Shown: positions 12,501 through 24,089 of the stretch, one piece after another | Numbering within the stretch: the first letter of the stretch is position 1 | Layout of the letters: every line of letters starts with the position of its first letter | Assembly: GCA_001600815.1 (NCBI GenBank) | Contig: BCKZ01000003.1 | Coordinates: forward strand, 810,581 to 874,580 | Length of the DNA stretch: 64,000 nucleotides | Source: Alloascoidea hylecoeti | Lineage: Eukaryota | Direction of reading: 5' to 3' | Position numbers and translations under genes: made by a program | Notes under the pieces: generated by a model | Databases searched by the model: none | What the model was told of the DNA's origin: nothing | The model's input: only the letters and a program-made list of their open reading frames with translations

Positions 12501-13105
12501 GTGTTGATCCAAATGGAGGTGATTCGGGAGACGAAGGGGAAGACCAAGAGGAGGAGGAGGAGGAAGAAGATGATGGTAAAGATGATGGTAATTCTGATGA
12601 AGAACGAGAAGCAATTTTAGCAATGGAAGAACATGCAAGGTTAGAAGAAGCAAGAATTCTGATGGAAGAAAAGAAAAAATTGGACGATGAGCTTGATAAG
12701 GAATTTCAAAAGCTTTTAATGGAAAGTAATGATCCAAAAAAGGCTGATGTAACTTCATCTAAAGTAGAAGCGGTTATTCCCACTAGACAAATGTTCAAAT
12801 CTTTAGCGACATCAGATGAACAAGAACCACCCACAGATAGTAAAGGAAATGTTAAATTTACACTTATTACCAGACAGGGTCGTGGTCAACAAACTCGCTT
12901 AGTTTCTTTACCGAATAGTTCCGAAATTGTTCAATCGGTTTTAAAAGTGAAAGATGAACAATTAAAAGAAAAGAAACGTATTAAAAATATTGTTTTGAAA
13001 TTAGAAAAACAACAACAAATTGATGAAACTGAAATTGATGATGATATCACAAAAGATAAAGCTTATGATATTACACAGAAAGTATTTAGTCCTAGAAGAC
13101 TTTAA
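9580..13105 (+). CDS. NMD2: Nonsense-mediated decay factor Upf2 (MIF4G domains), multi-exon 5' end
   Basis: MSDLK|..RRRQLFELNERAWNGEQ|..IDSSLKKNTAFIKR, SALHQRF, LDPPSDFFRIRLVC, acidic region and C-terminal FTLITRQG; introns ~9595-9675, ~9745-9832 and ~10051-10105. Confidence 0.9.
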
Positions 13106-14722
13106 ATAACCATATATATGGCAATATTTGCCATGAATATGCTTTGAGTCTTGATTAAAGATACTCTCCCAAAGAAATTAACCTAAGATTAATCTGTCAA
13201 ATTTACTTTTAACATTGAGCTGATAGTTCTCTTGTGCAGTGTTAAGTTAAGAATCATGTTATGAATATTACTTTGACTATCAAAGCAATATTTAACATGG
13301 TTTCATACTTGTCATCAATATTATCAAGTACGATTATTCCCTGAATCTAGCTGTATAACCATAGCTAGAATCAACATTCATTTGACTGTTCATTCAATTA
13401 GTGAATCTAAAATTTTGGAATTATGAAAGAACTAATATTAATATTAATAGTCATATAATATTGGTGTAACTAGTCATTCACAATCATTTAATAAATATAT
13501 CAAGATTAATGCTTACTACACACAGTCGACTGATTATACATGTATTATCATTTGACTTTAAAAAATGATTAAAACCTATCACAAATTGGAAAGTTTATTT
13601 TCTGTCTCAAATCTTCAATCTTTCTTCATACCAATACTGTAAGTTTTTACTCAAACTTTTCCAACATCTTTTTAAAGGCAGTAATATTTTGAAATACGTA
13701 GTCTACCTTTTGAGGTCTTGATTTAAATCTTAGTCATTATGGTAAATCAACTTTGATAATGAAGTTAATAATAAAGAATTTTGAATATACAAATTGATGG
13801 TAAGATATTATGATAAAGCTTAAGTGTAACGGGTACAGTCATACTATAATCACACGAAAGGAATAGGGAAGAGTAATCATATTAACAGGCGTATTTATGT
13901 TATATATAATTAAGTTATATATATGCCTGGATATTTATGGAAGCTTTACAGTAATCGGTTGTAAATAATCAATAATTGATAATTATAATTAATTATAGAC
14001 ATACAGTAACGTCCGGGTAAAATGTTCATCCCTTTAAATGAAATGGGATTTTGGGATCCTTCTTGACCTTAAACAGCATCTGATTTATCAGAAAATTTGA
14101 GTAAGAACTCAAATACATTATTTTTTTGGAGTTGCTCCAGATATCGATGTTTTAGTGCTTCATTTGCTTCCTGTCTTCAAACTGGATTGTTTATCATCAT
14201 TGATAATATAAGATCAAGTGCCTCTCAATTTTTCCATTCTCAGGGCACGTTATGACTACGGGTGACAGAATGTTTTTAAAACCCATATGTATGTCTTCTA
14301 GATTATACTCAGTTAATATTAGCCTTACACATGATGAAGAAAGATATTATTGAATCTCTTTCAAACAATTAATATTGCAGTTGGGGCCATTTATTCATTA
14401 TTAATCAGATTGGCTCCAGGCCTAGAGTGACAGCCGTGGCAAAATTATAAATACCAGATTGCAAATATAATTACTATTATCTACGTACGGAACAGTGCAG
14501 TGGCTGGTTTATATCAGTAATAATCCATGCGCCACGCATCTGCCACAATCATTTGCACTTGTAAGTTGTAAGTACTAAGTTGTAACGCTTAATTAGGGAT
14601 AACGCAACTGATGGTCATCCTATATACTGAACTATATAAAGAAGTGGTTTCCCTTCAAAATATATATATCATCGCTAATAAAACACAAAGTGCAATTACA
14701 TTCATAATTAACAAATTGAAAC

Positions 14723-15505
14723 ATGACTGAAATCAAAAATCAAAAATTCATCCTTTACGATATTCCATCAAGTCTGGAACCTAAATTTTGGTCTCTAAAT
14801 ACTTTGAAAACAAGAATTTTGCTTAATTTTAAAGGAATTCCTTTTGAGACTAAATGGGTCCCATTCCCTGATATTCAGCAAACTTTAGAACAATTAGGCG
14901 TTACTCCCCTTCCCGGTGATGGTTCAAAAGGTCCACTCTACACTTTACCAGCTTTGACTCATGAAAATAAGACTATTATGGGATCTGATGAGATAAGAGA
15001 TTATTTGGAAAAAATTGCACCCTCGCCTACTGTTTTCCCTACAGAAAAATCGTCTGCTTTCACAAAACCAATTGCCGAATACATGTCCTCCCTCACTAAG
15101 AGCATTTTCCCAGCTATGATGGGTTTACTCCCAACCGTTCTTGGAGAACGTGATATTCAATACTTAGCTGAAACAAGAAGTAAATGGTGGGGTCTTAATC
15201 TTGCTGATTGTAAACTTTCAAAAGAATTAATGGACTCTACTAAAACTAAACTAGAAGCAGAATTAGAATCTAATTCTTTATTGGATTTAAAAAGATTAAC
15301 AAATGATAATATTGATTTTAAATTTAAATCAGGTAAATATTTATTTGGTGATGAATTATGTTATGCTGATATTCTTTTTTGTTCAACTCTATATCCTATT
15401 GAATCGCTTTTTAATTTTTACTATCAAAATTCAGATGATGATAAATTGGATTTAGACTCTTGGACTAAAGAATATTTTAAAAACATGAAGGAATTTATTG
15501 TTTAA
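14723..15505 (+). CDS. Fungal glutathione S-transferase-like protein (thioredoxin-like GST-N domain)
   Basis: LYDIPS..WSLNTLKTRILLNFKGIPFETKWVPFPDI, YTLPAL, IMGSDEIRDYLE and YLFGDELCYAD. Confidence 0.8.
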   Translation: MTEIKNQKFILYDIPSSLEPKFWSLNTLKTRILLNFKGIPFETKWVPFPDIQQTLEQLGVTPLPGDGSKGPLYTLPALTHENKTIMGSDEIRDYLEKIAPSPTVFPTEKSSAFTKPIAEYMSSLTKSIFPAMMGLLPTVLGERDIQYLAETRSKWWGLNLADCKLSKELMDSTKTKLEAELESNSLLDLKRLTNDNIDFKFKSGKYLFGDELCYADILFCSTLYPIESLFNFYYQNSDDDKLDLDSWTKEYFKNMKEFIV

Positions 15506-16514
15506 ATTTAACAAAATTTAGCAAAATTAATAACGATTTAATTCATAGATTCTTAAATTTAATGTTGATGCATTATAATTATTAATATTGATCCTAAATT
15601 GGCTTTCAATTATTAACTATTTACATTTATAAACTTATATATATCTACTCAAATAAATAAATATAAGGCACAATAAAATGTATATAGGCTTGAAATGATT
15701 CCTCTAAATGCTCATCATTTAAACAGGAAGTCATTCCACCTAATTTAGGCAACTTTTTAAACTAGGTATTCGGCACATTGGGTCGACTTTAAAACAACAA
15801 AATCCACGGACACAACAAAACAAAATCTGGTGCTAGCATAGTTACCTTAAACGATTTTGGGATAACGGCAATAATAGAGACAGCAGCGTGCCACTGATTC
15901 TTTGTTAGAAGTTGTGTATGTATTGCATACGAGTTTTCTGAGTTTTCATGCAGGGACTAAATGTGAATTAGAGGATTATTATTGAGAAAGTATCAGCTTT
16001 AAATTCAGAGACAGGAGGAGATTGAACAAAGACTAATAATGGAATCTGAAACTCATATCTTAAGCAATGATATGATAGTAATAGAGGAATATAAAGTCGA
16101 TGATGAGTCAGAAGGACCTAGGAAAGAAAGGAAGATTGTTCTAAAAATATATTTCAGAGTTAGCTGCCTTTCTTGCTATTCATGAATTCATTCTTATATT
16201 AGTTAGTTATCTATTTAGTGTGAATACCATCTATTTATCTTCTCTCAATTGAAACCTTCTAAATGAATACTTTTCTCATATTTAATCTGGTATTTCACAT
16301 TAAACTTTCATGTTGTTAATCTTAAACTTTAATAGAATCCATAATCTTATCATATTTATCATTATATTTAAAATCATCGAAAAGTAATAATTTCTCAAAA
16401 CTTTTGTCTTATCAGATTTAAGCTTCATTTAAATTTATTCAAGATTCATTTTTGATATATCGTTTTCCTTCAAGTTTAATCGGGTGTAACAGTTTTTCAG
16501 CTAATTGGAAATGT

Positions 16515-19011
16515 ATCAATATCTCACCAATATCTAAATATCCTCAATTTAAAACGACAATCAGTATGTTCGTTCTCTTTCGAGGCATTACCACTAAGTA
16601 TCATAACATGAACTGAAGTTTACTACAATAATTATAAGAACTCATTTGGATGCTCATTGAGTTGAATACCTGTGGCCCAAATTTTTCTCCATGGGCCTAT
16701 AAGATACACAATTGGGTAGTTCAGATAAGTATTACTTAAATATATATCCCTAAAACCATTAATAAAACCAATTCAATTATAGAAGTATCCCAGGCTAAAG
16801 GCCGATAAAATAGGTCTAGAAGAATAATTATACGCTGATTCACAAAATACACATCTGCGATACGCTAATCCTCCTGAGTAGACTTAAACGGATTTTACAC
16901 TGCGCTTCCGCTCATTTTCCAAATATTATCAATCCTGATCATTATGGCAGACACTGGTACTGCTTTTTTACGAAGACATACATCATCTTTATAACCTGCG
17001 ATTGACATTATAAGGCCTTGCAGGAGTTAGCCTATCGGGGCATATAGGCGCTAACTTCTTCCACACACATAAAAGCTCATAGTCTATGTTCTGGAGCTTA
17101 AGGTTCGACGTATTGGGCAGCTTTTTATCTAAAACGGGCATATTTACGTTCAGATTTTAATGGTATATTACAGGTTTACGACAATACTTCATGCTATCCA
17201 TAATCTTTGTTCCACCACAACTCAGATTAGGGATGCAAAAATCAGTGTTGCAACAAGTACAAATAACCATATAAATATCCCTAAAACCTTTAATAGAACT
17301 GAACTAATTCAATTTCATAAATATTCTCTCTTATTCTTATGTTATTTTTCCACAATTGTAAATTTAGGTCCCTTAGGCCTAAATATTCTAGATCAATTTT
17401 CTCTTTACTTTGGAATACTATAGATAATTCATGGCTGCCAAAACTATCTGGAATCAATGATGTAAAAATTCGAAATTTAATATTTACACGTAATTGCTCT
17501 GTTAACAATAAGCTTACAGAAACAGAAACAGTCAAATTAAGTAACAAACGTCTTAAATTTCTTAGTGATCCTATTCTTAATCATTTAGCAACATTACTTA
17601 TACAATTATCTGCAAACCAACAGGCAAAAGATGAACTTTATGCATTATATACTCCAACTTACAAAACCATCGGTGAAAAAGATACTGACACAGGAAAAGT
17701 TTTTGAAGTAGGTGTTTATATTGAAAATGAATGTTTTGGTACAGGAAAAGGAACAAATCTAAAAGAAGCTAGATTATCAGCGACAGAGCAAGCCCTAAAG
17801 AATCTTGAAGTATTAAATAAGTATACTGCATTTTCAACAAATCAAACTAAATCTGTTGCAAACAAAAAAGGAAAACTTTCAAAGCAAATTAGACAGACAG
17901 ATGCACCAATACCTTTGGCTACTGAATTGTATGCAAAGAGTAATATTAATAATATATTAGGAAAGTACAATTTAACAGCAAAATATTCTTGCCTTACACC
18001 AATTAATTCACCGGTGAAGAGAATGATGTTAACAGCAAATGGTTTAACTTTAGGTATTGGTGAAGCTGACAGCAAAATAAAGGGAGAACGAAAAGCAGCA
18101 ATGAATGCTTTGAATAATAAAAATATGCTAGAATCTTTGTGCACTATTTATACCACAAAAAAATGATTTTCTTTTTTCTTGTTTTAATTCTTTGAATATT
18201 GAAAAGTATATTGTAATTAATATTGATGATGTAGGTAAATAGTTACGTATATATTCAAATTGATCTTTAATCACAACAAAGAGATTAATTTGTACACATT
18301 TTTTGACCATGTTTGGTCTCTTGGACAAAGGAAAATACACCGTGTTAAAAAGTTTGTTAGGCGGCTGAACTCTAAAGGATCCCATAACAAGATTGCAAAA
18401 GAGCTTTGTTATTCCCACATCTTCCTTAAGCAATGGTATAAATAAAAATCATCCAATCGTAGAGTTTAATAAAGCAAAGTAAAACGTTACATTTTGATGT
18501 AACGAGAAAATGGAGTATTATAATAAACGATTCTATATTAATAAATTCTTCGACGGATCATGATCGATATCAAAAATGTATGATCATCTGATAATTATAA
18601 TATTGAAAAGAAAAATGAGTCTGACTCTACTTATGGTCAAACTGTTGAGTTATAGACGAATTGTATCGATTAAATGAAATTATTCCTTCGGCAGATCATT
18701 GGAAATGTTATTGTAAAATATAAAGTAGAAGAGAATTTTTGCAGCGATATCATAAGCAAAACAATTTTTGTAAAACGAAAATGCATTACGTATGGCACAC
18801 GGCTTGAATTCTTGAGCAAGGACTAATATTTGGAAAATGACAGATTGATTTACACTGGGGCCTGCTATAAACGAATATGGATGTTTTTATATGTCATAGA
18901 ATATATTAGCTAGTGGTTGGAAACACTTATAGTCTTAGATGTTGGCTGAGTGTGGAGTTCTACCTCTTTGAAAACTAGTCCTAAAGTTGGAACCGTGTTG
19001 CTGAATATTAC
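16515..19011 (+). repeat. Segmental duplication copy 1 (RNase III locus plus flanks); paralogous to ~24090-27031
   Basis: Patchy identity 5' (e.g. AAATATCCTCAATTTA.AACGACAATC at ~16536 and ~24103); near-identical from ~17872 to 19011. Confidence 0.85.
17339..18166 (+). CDS. RNase III/Dicer-derived protein with a dead, mostly deleted catalytic domain and two dsRBDs
   Basis: WLPKLSGIND...SNKRLKFLSDPILN (degenerate ERLEFLGD), then dsRBD-like AKDELY...GTGKGTNLKEARLSATEQAL and GIGEADSKIKGERKAAMNAL; uninterrupted 275-aa ORF. Confidence 0.7.
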   Translation: MLFFHNCKFRSLRPKYSRSIFSLLWNTIDNSWLPKLSGINDVKIRNLIFTRNCSVNNKLTETETVKLSNKRLKFLSDPILNHLATLLIQLSANQQAKDELYALYTPTYKTIGEKDTDTGKVFEVGVYIENECFGTGKGTNLKEARLSATEQALKNLEVLNKYTAFSTNQTKSVANKKGKLSKQIRQTDAPIPLATELYAKSNINNILGKYNLTAKYSCLTPINSPVKRMMLTANGLTLGIGEADSKIKGERKAAMNALNNKNMLESLCTIYTTKK

Positions 19012-19639
19012 AAAAACCTAAAATACAAAAGACGTTATCGGAATTAGACGATTAAGTAGATTTTAATTATATTATTTATTATAAATTATATTTGTTATTA
19101 GTTTTGCAATTCGTGTTTGAAGTAAAGCACTTTGAGGCGACCGAGTAGGGGTAATGATAATGGAGGAAATAATGCGCTAGCTGATGCATGCACGAGGCTA
19201 TTAGAGGAACTTTTAGAACCGACATCCGCATTCTTTGAGACTGTTAACTATATACAGTGTAAATATGTAATGATACAGATTTATATATATGCCATAATAC
19301 ACACACCATTCACGTGTATTATTAGTTAGATCATTTTTATTGAAAATTAGTGCGATGCGGATGGCTAACTAGTGCAAGTTGACCTTGGCGTACTATTCAA
19401 TGGGATGGCATGCCCTGATGACTAATTCATACATCATATTATATATAATCCTCGGCCAAAGATTACCAGCCTATAAGGCCTTATGCTACCAGGTATATGT
19501 AGAGAAAACGCAACTGATGTTCATATCAAATATATATATATACTGAACTATATAAAGAAGTAATTTCCCTTCAAAATATATAGTATCATTATTAATAAAG
19601 CACAAAGTGCAAATGCATTCATAATTTACAAATTTAAAC

Positions 19640-20272
19640 ATGACTGAAATCAAAAATCAAAAATTCATCTTTTACGATATTCCATCAAGTCTGGAACCTA
19701 AATTTTGGTCTCTAAATACTTTGAAAACAAGAATTTTGCTTAATTTTAAAGGAATTCCTTTTGAGACTAAATGAGTCCCATTCCCTGATATTCAGCAAAC
19801 TTTAGAACAACTAGGTGTTACTCCCATTCCCGGTGATGGTTCAAAAGGTCCACTCTACACTTTACCAGTTTTGACTCATGAAAATAAGACTATTATGGGA
19901 TCTGATGAGATAAGAGATTATTTGGAAGAAATTGTTCCTTCACCTACTGTTTTCCCCACGGAAAACTCTGTTGATTGTAAACTTTCAAAAGAATTAATGG
20001 ACTCTACTAAAACTAAACTAGAAGCAGAGTTGGAATCTAATTCTTTATTGGATTTAAAAGGATTAACAAATGATAATATTGATTTTAAATTTAAATCAGG
20101 TAAATATTTATTTGGTGATGAATTATGTTATGCTGATATTTATTTTGTTGCAACTTTATATCCTATTGAATCACTCTTTAATTTTTACTATCACGACTTA
20201 GATGATGATAAATTGGAATTAGATTCTTGGACTAAAGAGTATTTTAAAAATATGAAGGAATTTATTGCTTAA
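19640..20272 (+). pseudogene. Pseudogene copy of the GST-like gene at 14723
   Basis: Near-identical including promoter (from ~19508); TGG>TGA stop at 19772-19774; 633 bp versus 783 bp because of a 150-bp internal deletion. Confidence 0.9.
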
Positions 20273-20569
20273 TTTACATCTATAAGTTTATATATCCACT
20301 TAAATAAATAAAAGGCACGGTGAAATGTATAGGCTTAAAAGAATTCCTTTACCGGTAAATGCATGTATATTTCTTACAATCAGTAAGTTTAAAGTAGCTG
20401 GCTAAAACTCTCAATAATTTATCAATTTGCTCTTTCTTTAATAAATCCTTATAGAAACAACTTCTTTGAATTCTGGGCTTGAATTTTATAATTAATTTGG
20501 AATATAAGTTAAAGACAGGTCCTGATCTTCTGGTATCACGGCTCATATTCGGCAATTATTATTACTTTA

Positions 20570-22030
20570 TTAAATATCAATTGAATACTTCTCTTTTCTA
20601 TCGTAATAAATATTAATACATTCATCCAAGAAGGCAAAGAGAATGTCCTGACCTATTGGAGCTGATCCTTCATCAACCACAACTTCCCCATTGACTCGTT
20701 TATTTGTAGCTTCTATAACTATAGCACTACAATTAGTTAACCGTCCTAGGCCTTTAGTTTTAACCCCATCGCGATCTTTTAAACCGCCTAAAATTGTTCT
20801 AGTTCTCACCAGTTCAGCATATACAGACATCAAAGATTCAGAAATCGTGTCATATAATTCGAAAAATTTTCTAGTCAAAGAATAACATCGTCCAAGTAGA
20901 TATATAATAGTAGATTTACCTTGTAGAGGTTTGCCCGTTTCATCAGAAAAGACGCCATTATCTCTTAACTCTTGAATATTTTCTAATTTCTTTCGGTTCC
21001 AACCCAAGTTCTTCTCCATAGTATCACATGTCAATTTACGGTCTCCAACAATTATTATACCAATAATTTTATCCCAAAAATATTTCATTTCCATTAACTG
21101 TTCGAATATTGGCTTTAATTTATCATCCATTAATTCATTATAGTTATAACTGCTTGCACAAAAATCTTGGAAAAGAATTTTGCATTCTTCATAAAGGGAG
21201 TAAATAATTTCTTTACCTTGGTGTGTATTAGTTATAGATGCTGATATTTCTTTATTTAAACGCTTTAATTCTAATTCTAGTGATTTGACTTCATTTTCTA
21301 ATGGTGTTACTCTTGCTTTTTCTTCGGGTGTTTGTAATAAGTTTAAATCTTGATTCTTTTTCTGAGAAGCCAGATACAAGGAAATTGAAGGAAGATTGAT
21401 TACTTTCTGTTTCAGGTTCAATAAAGAGTCTAAGAATGGTAATAAAGTATTATCAATATTTAATATCTTATTGTTAATTGAACTTTCGAGTGAAATTAAA
21501 CTTTCTGTACAAGTTAGATATTTGTTTACAACCAGAGGAAATATAACATCATTCTTTTTAGTCTTAGTATAATTATCAATTATAATTTTTATATTAGTTA
21601 GACTTATTTTTATTTTTATAGTTGTTTCAGTGTCATAAACCCCCTCATTTTTAATTTGATAAAGTAGCCTTTTTATTGTTGATAATTTAGAATATTGAGC
21701 GGTTGGATGATTATCCTCTCCAATAGACATAAGAATTATTGATAATAGTTGTAGAATGTCATCAAGCACTAAAATGTCCTTATCATTCATTATTAGTCTT
21801 TTTTGACACAGATTTGATTTTGATTTTGTATTATTCTGCTTCAAATTATTTTTGGATATGTTTTTGGGTTGTGTTTGTACACTTTTTATGTCTTGAATAA
21901 CTGATTCCGTTTTGTGATAATGTTCCCAAACAACACTTTTATCAACATTATAATCTGAATAAAATAAATTATAGAGACCAATTCTTATTTGGGATAATTT
22001 TTTATTTGATTTCGTTTCTTTCTCAGGCAT
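20570..22030 (-). CDS. Divergent DUF2408 / Cub1 (YPL260W)-like protein
   Basis: Repeated helical unit ending in ..R.NG.F....G..P.GQ..L..LL.EC/RCY (ELRDNGVFSDETGKPLQGKSTIIYLLGRCY; KRVNGEVVVDEGSAPIGQDILFAFLDEC) and ISESLMSVYAEL. Confidence 0.65.
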   Translation of the reverse strand: MPEKETKSNKKLSQIRIGLYNLFYSDYNVDKSVVWEHYHKTESVIQDIKSVQTQPKNISKNNLKQNNTKSKSNLCQKRLIMNDKDILVLDDILQLLSIILMSIGEDNHPTAQYSKLSTIKRLLYQIKNEGVYDTETTIKIKISLTNIKIIIDNYTKTKKNDVIFPLVVNKYLTCTESLISLESSINNKILNIDNTLLPFLDSLLNLKQKVINLPSISLYLASQKKNQDLNLLQTPEEKARVTPLENEVKSLELELKRLNKEISASITNTHQGKEIIYSLYEECKILFQDFCASSYNYNELMDDKLKPIFEQLMEMKYFWDKIIGIIIVGDRKLTCDTMEKNLGWNRKKLENIQELRDNGVFSDETGKPLQGKSTIIYLLGRCYSLTRKFFELYDTISESLMSVYAELVRTRTILGGLKDRDGVKTKGLGRLTNCSAIVIEATNKRVNGEVVVDEGSAPIGQDILFAFLDECINIYYDRKEKYSIDI

Positions 22031-22346
22031 TAGTGATAATTATAACTTGATTTTTAATTAATAAAGTGCTTCAAAGTTAAGTTTTGGTTTTGTGATCGAA
22101 TATGTAAAAAGATGAGTAGAAATTTATAGTTGATGAATATTTATACATACTACAAGATTTTAATTAATTGCAACATTTAAAAAAGTATTAATATATAACT
22201 AGTACTGCAATATCATTACAGCACACTAATTTTTCATTAATAAACATCAGATATTTTTAGAATCTTCTTATTTTTATAAACTATCCAAGTTTTTTTCATT
22301 CTCTCAATTCAAATTTCAATTGAATAATTGATCAATTGATTATACA

Positions 22347-23726
22347 ATGACTTTAACAAAAGAAAAATCTGTTTTCCATTTAGTTGTTACATCACATACA
22401 TCATCATCACCAGATGTTAATTTCAAACTTGCTATGAAGTATAAATATGATGATTCAATTGATAAAGTTAATTTATGTATTTATTCTTATCCTGATGATT
22501 TTGCTAAACCAATCGTTTTTAAAAGTATTCAATTGGCAAAAGAATTTTAATTGAAAATGATCAAAATAATAATCATGAATATTTATCAATTTCTGGATCA
22601 AGAGATGATGTTGAAAACTTAGCTTTAAAAATTGCATGTGGGATTAAGATTCTTGAAGAAGATGTGATTGATATTGAAGATGATAAGAAAGAAGGAGATG
22701 ATGATGATATTGTTATTGAGATTCCGACAAATACCATAATTGTTCAGACATAATCAGGAACTGGTGCAATTAATTTAGCTGCGTCGTTCATATCAAAATT
22801 TTATGACTTTGAATTATCAGAATCAGAACCACAATCAAATACTAATTCAGATACAAATAATAAAGCACAAGTTTATGTATCAGAACCAACATGGATAAAT
22901 CATATTCCAATATTTGAAAAGGTTGGTTTAAAAGTTGAAAAATATCCATATTATAATTCAAATTTAAAAAATGATTGAATATTTAAGAAAAATTCGAAAT
23001 AAATCAATTATTATTTTACAATTTTGTTGTCATAATTCAACTGCTATTGATCCATCACATTTACAATGGATTGAAATTTATAAATTAAATTAAAAAATTA
23101 TTTCCAATTTTTGATATTGCATTTCAAGGTTTTTCAAATTAGAGAAATCAATTTTAAAAGATTCTTGGATTATTAAATTTTTTATATCAAAAAAAAATTG
23201 ATTTTATTATGTGTCAATCAGAATTGGTTTTATTATGTGCCAATCAGAATTGGTTTTTTACATTTTATTTTAAATCTATAACAGAAAACAAAATGATTTC
23301 AAATTCTCTAAAATTTCAATTATCAAATTTAATTAAAAATGAATTTCTAAATCCTCCATCATCATTTGGAATTAAATTAATTTTAAGTTAAGTTCAAGTA
23401 TTTTAAAAAATAAAATTTTATATAAACAATGGTTAAATGATTTAGAAATAATTTTAAAAAGATTATCAACGATTAGGAATTTATTAAAAAATTGGTTATA
23501 AGATCTAGAAGAATTAAAAACACCAGGTTCATGGGATTTTTTAATAAATCAAAATGGAATGTTTTCATATATTGGATTATCTGAAGAACAAATTGAAGTA
23601 TTGATTGATAAATATCATGTTTATTTACCAATTTATGGGAAAATATCATTTGCTGGTTTAAATTCAAATAATGTTGAATATTTTGCAAGAAGAATTGATA
23701 AAGTAGTTAGAGAAATACATCATTAA
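22347..23726 (+). pseudogene. Aspartate aminotransferase (Aat2-like) pseudogene
   Basis: Fragments across frames: DKVNLCIYSYPDDFAKP, VQT*SGTGA, VYVSEPTWINH, CCHNSTAIDP, FPIFDIAFQGF, NPPSSFG, TPGSWDFLINQNGMFSYIGL, GKISFAGLNSNNVEYFA; multiple stops and frameshifts. Confidence 0.88.
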
Positions 23727-24089
23727 TTTATTTTATTCCTTAGAATTTTATACTTACAAATCACAAGTATTATAACTAATCTATTGGACTTACTAAACAA
23801 TCAATACAGCCTTAACCGTCATAATTGGCGCTTGTTTTTGAATCTTTCACATTTGGTTATCTTGACCTCCTCATCCTGATGATCACTAAGATCTTTCACA
23901 TTTTGTCCCTTATTCTTTGTTTAAAGTATTTCCATTTTGAATAGAGCGATTGTTGGAGGAAGGATTCGGGGTGTGTGTTTCGGTAGAAGGAATAAGAAGC
24001 TGAGTGATAAATATTTTGGTACTTTGTTTAGAAAAGCTAGCGCTTACACTTGCGATGTTGTAATTATAAAAGTGCACCACTCAATTGCA

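Noticed and set aside
13825..14267. Possible solo LTR (TGTAAC...GTGACA)
   Set aside because: Flanks TTAAG and GAATG do not form a TSD, and there is no second copy in the window.
17040..17120. GGTTCGA T-loop-like motif (also at ~25232)
   Set aside because: No cloverleaf or acceptor stem; part of the duplicated flank.
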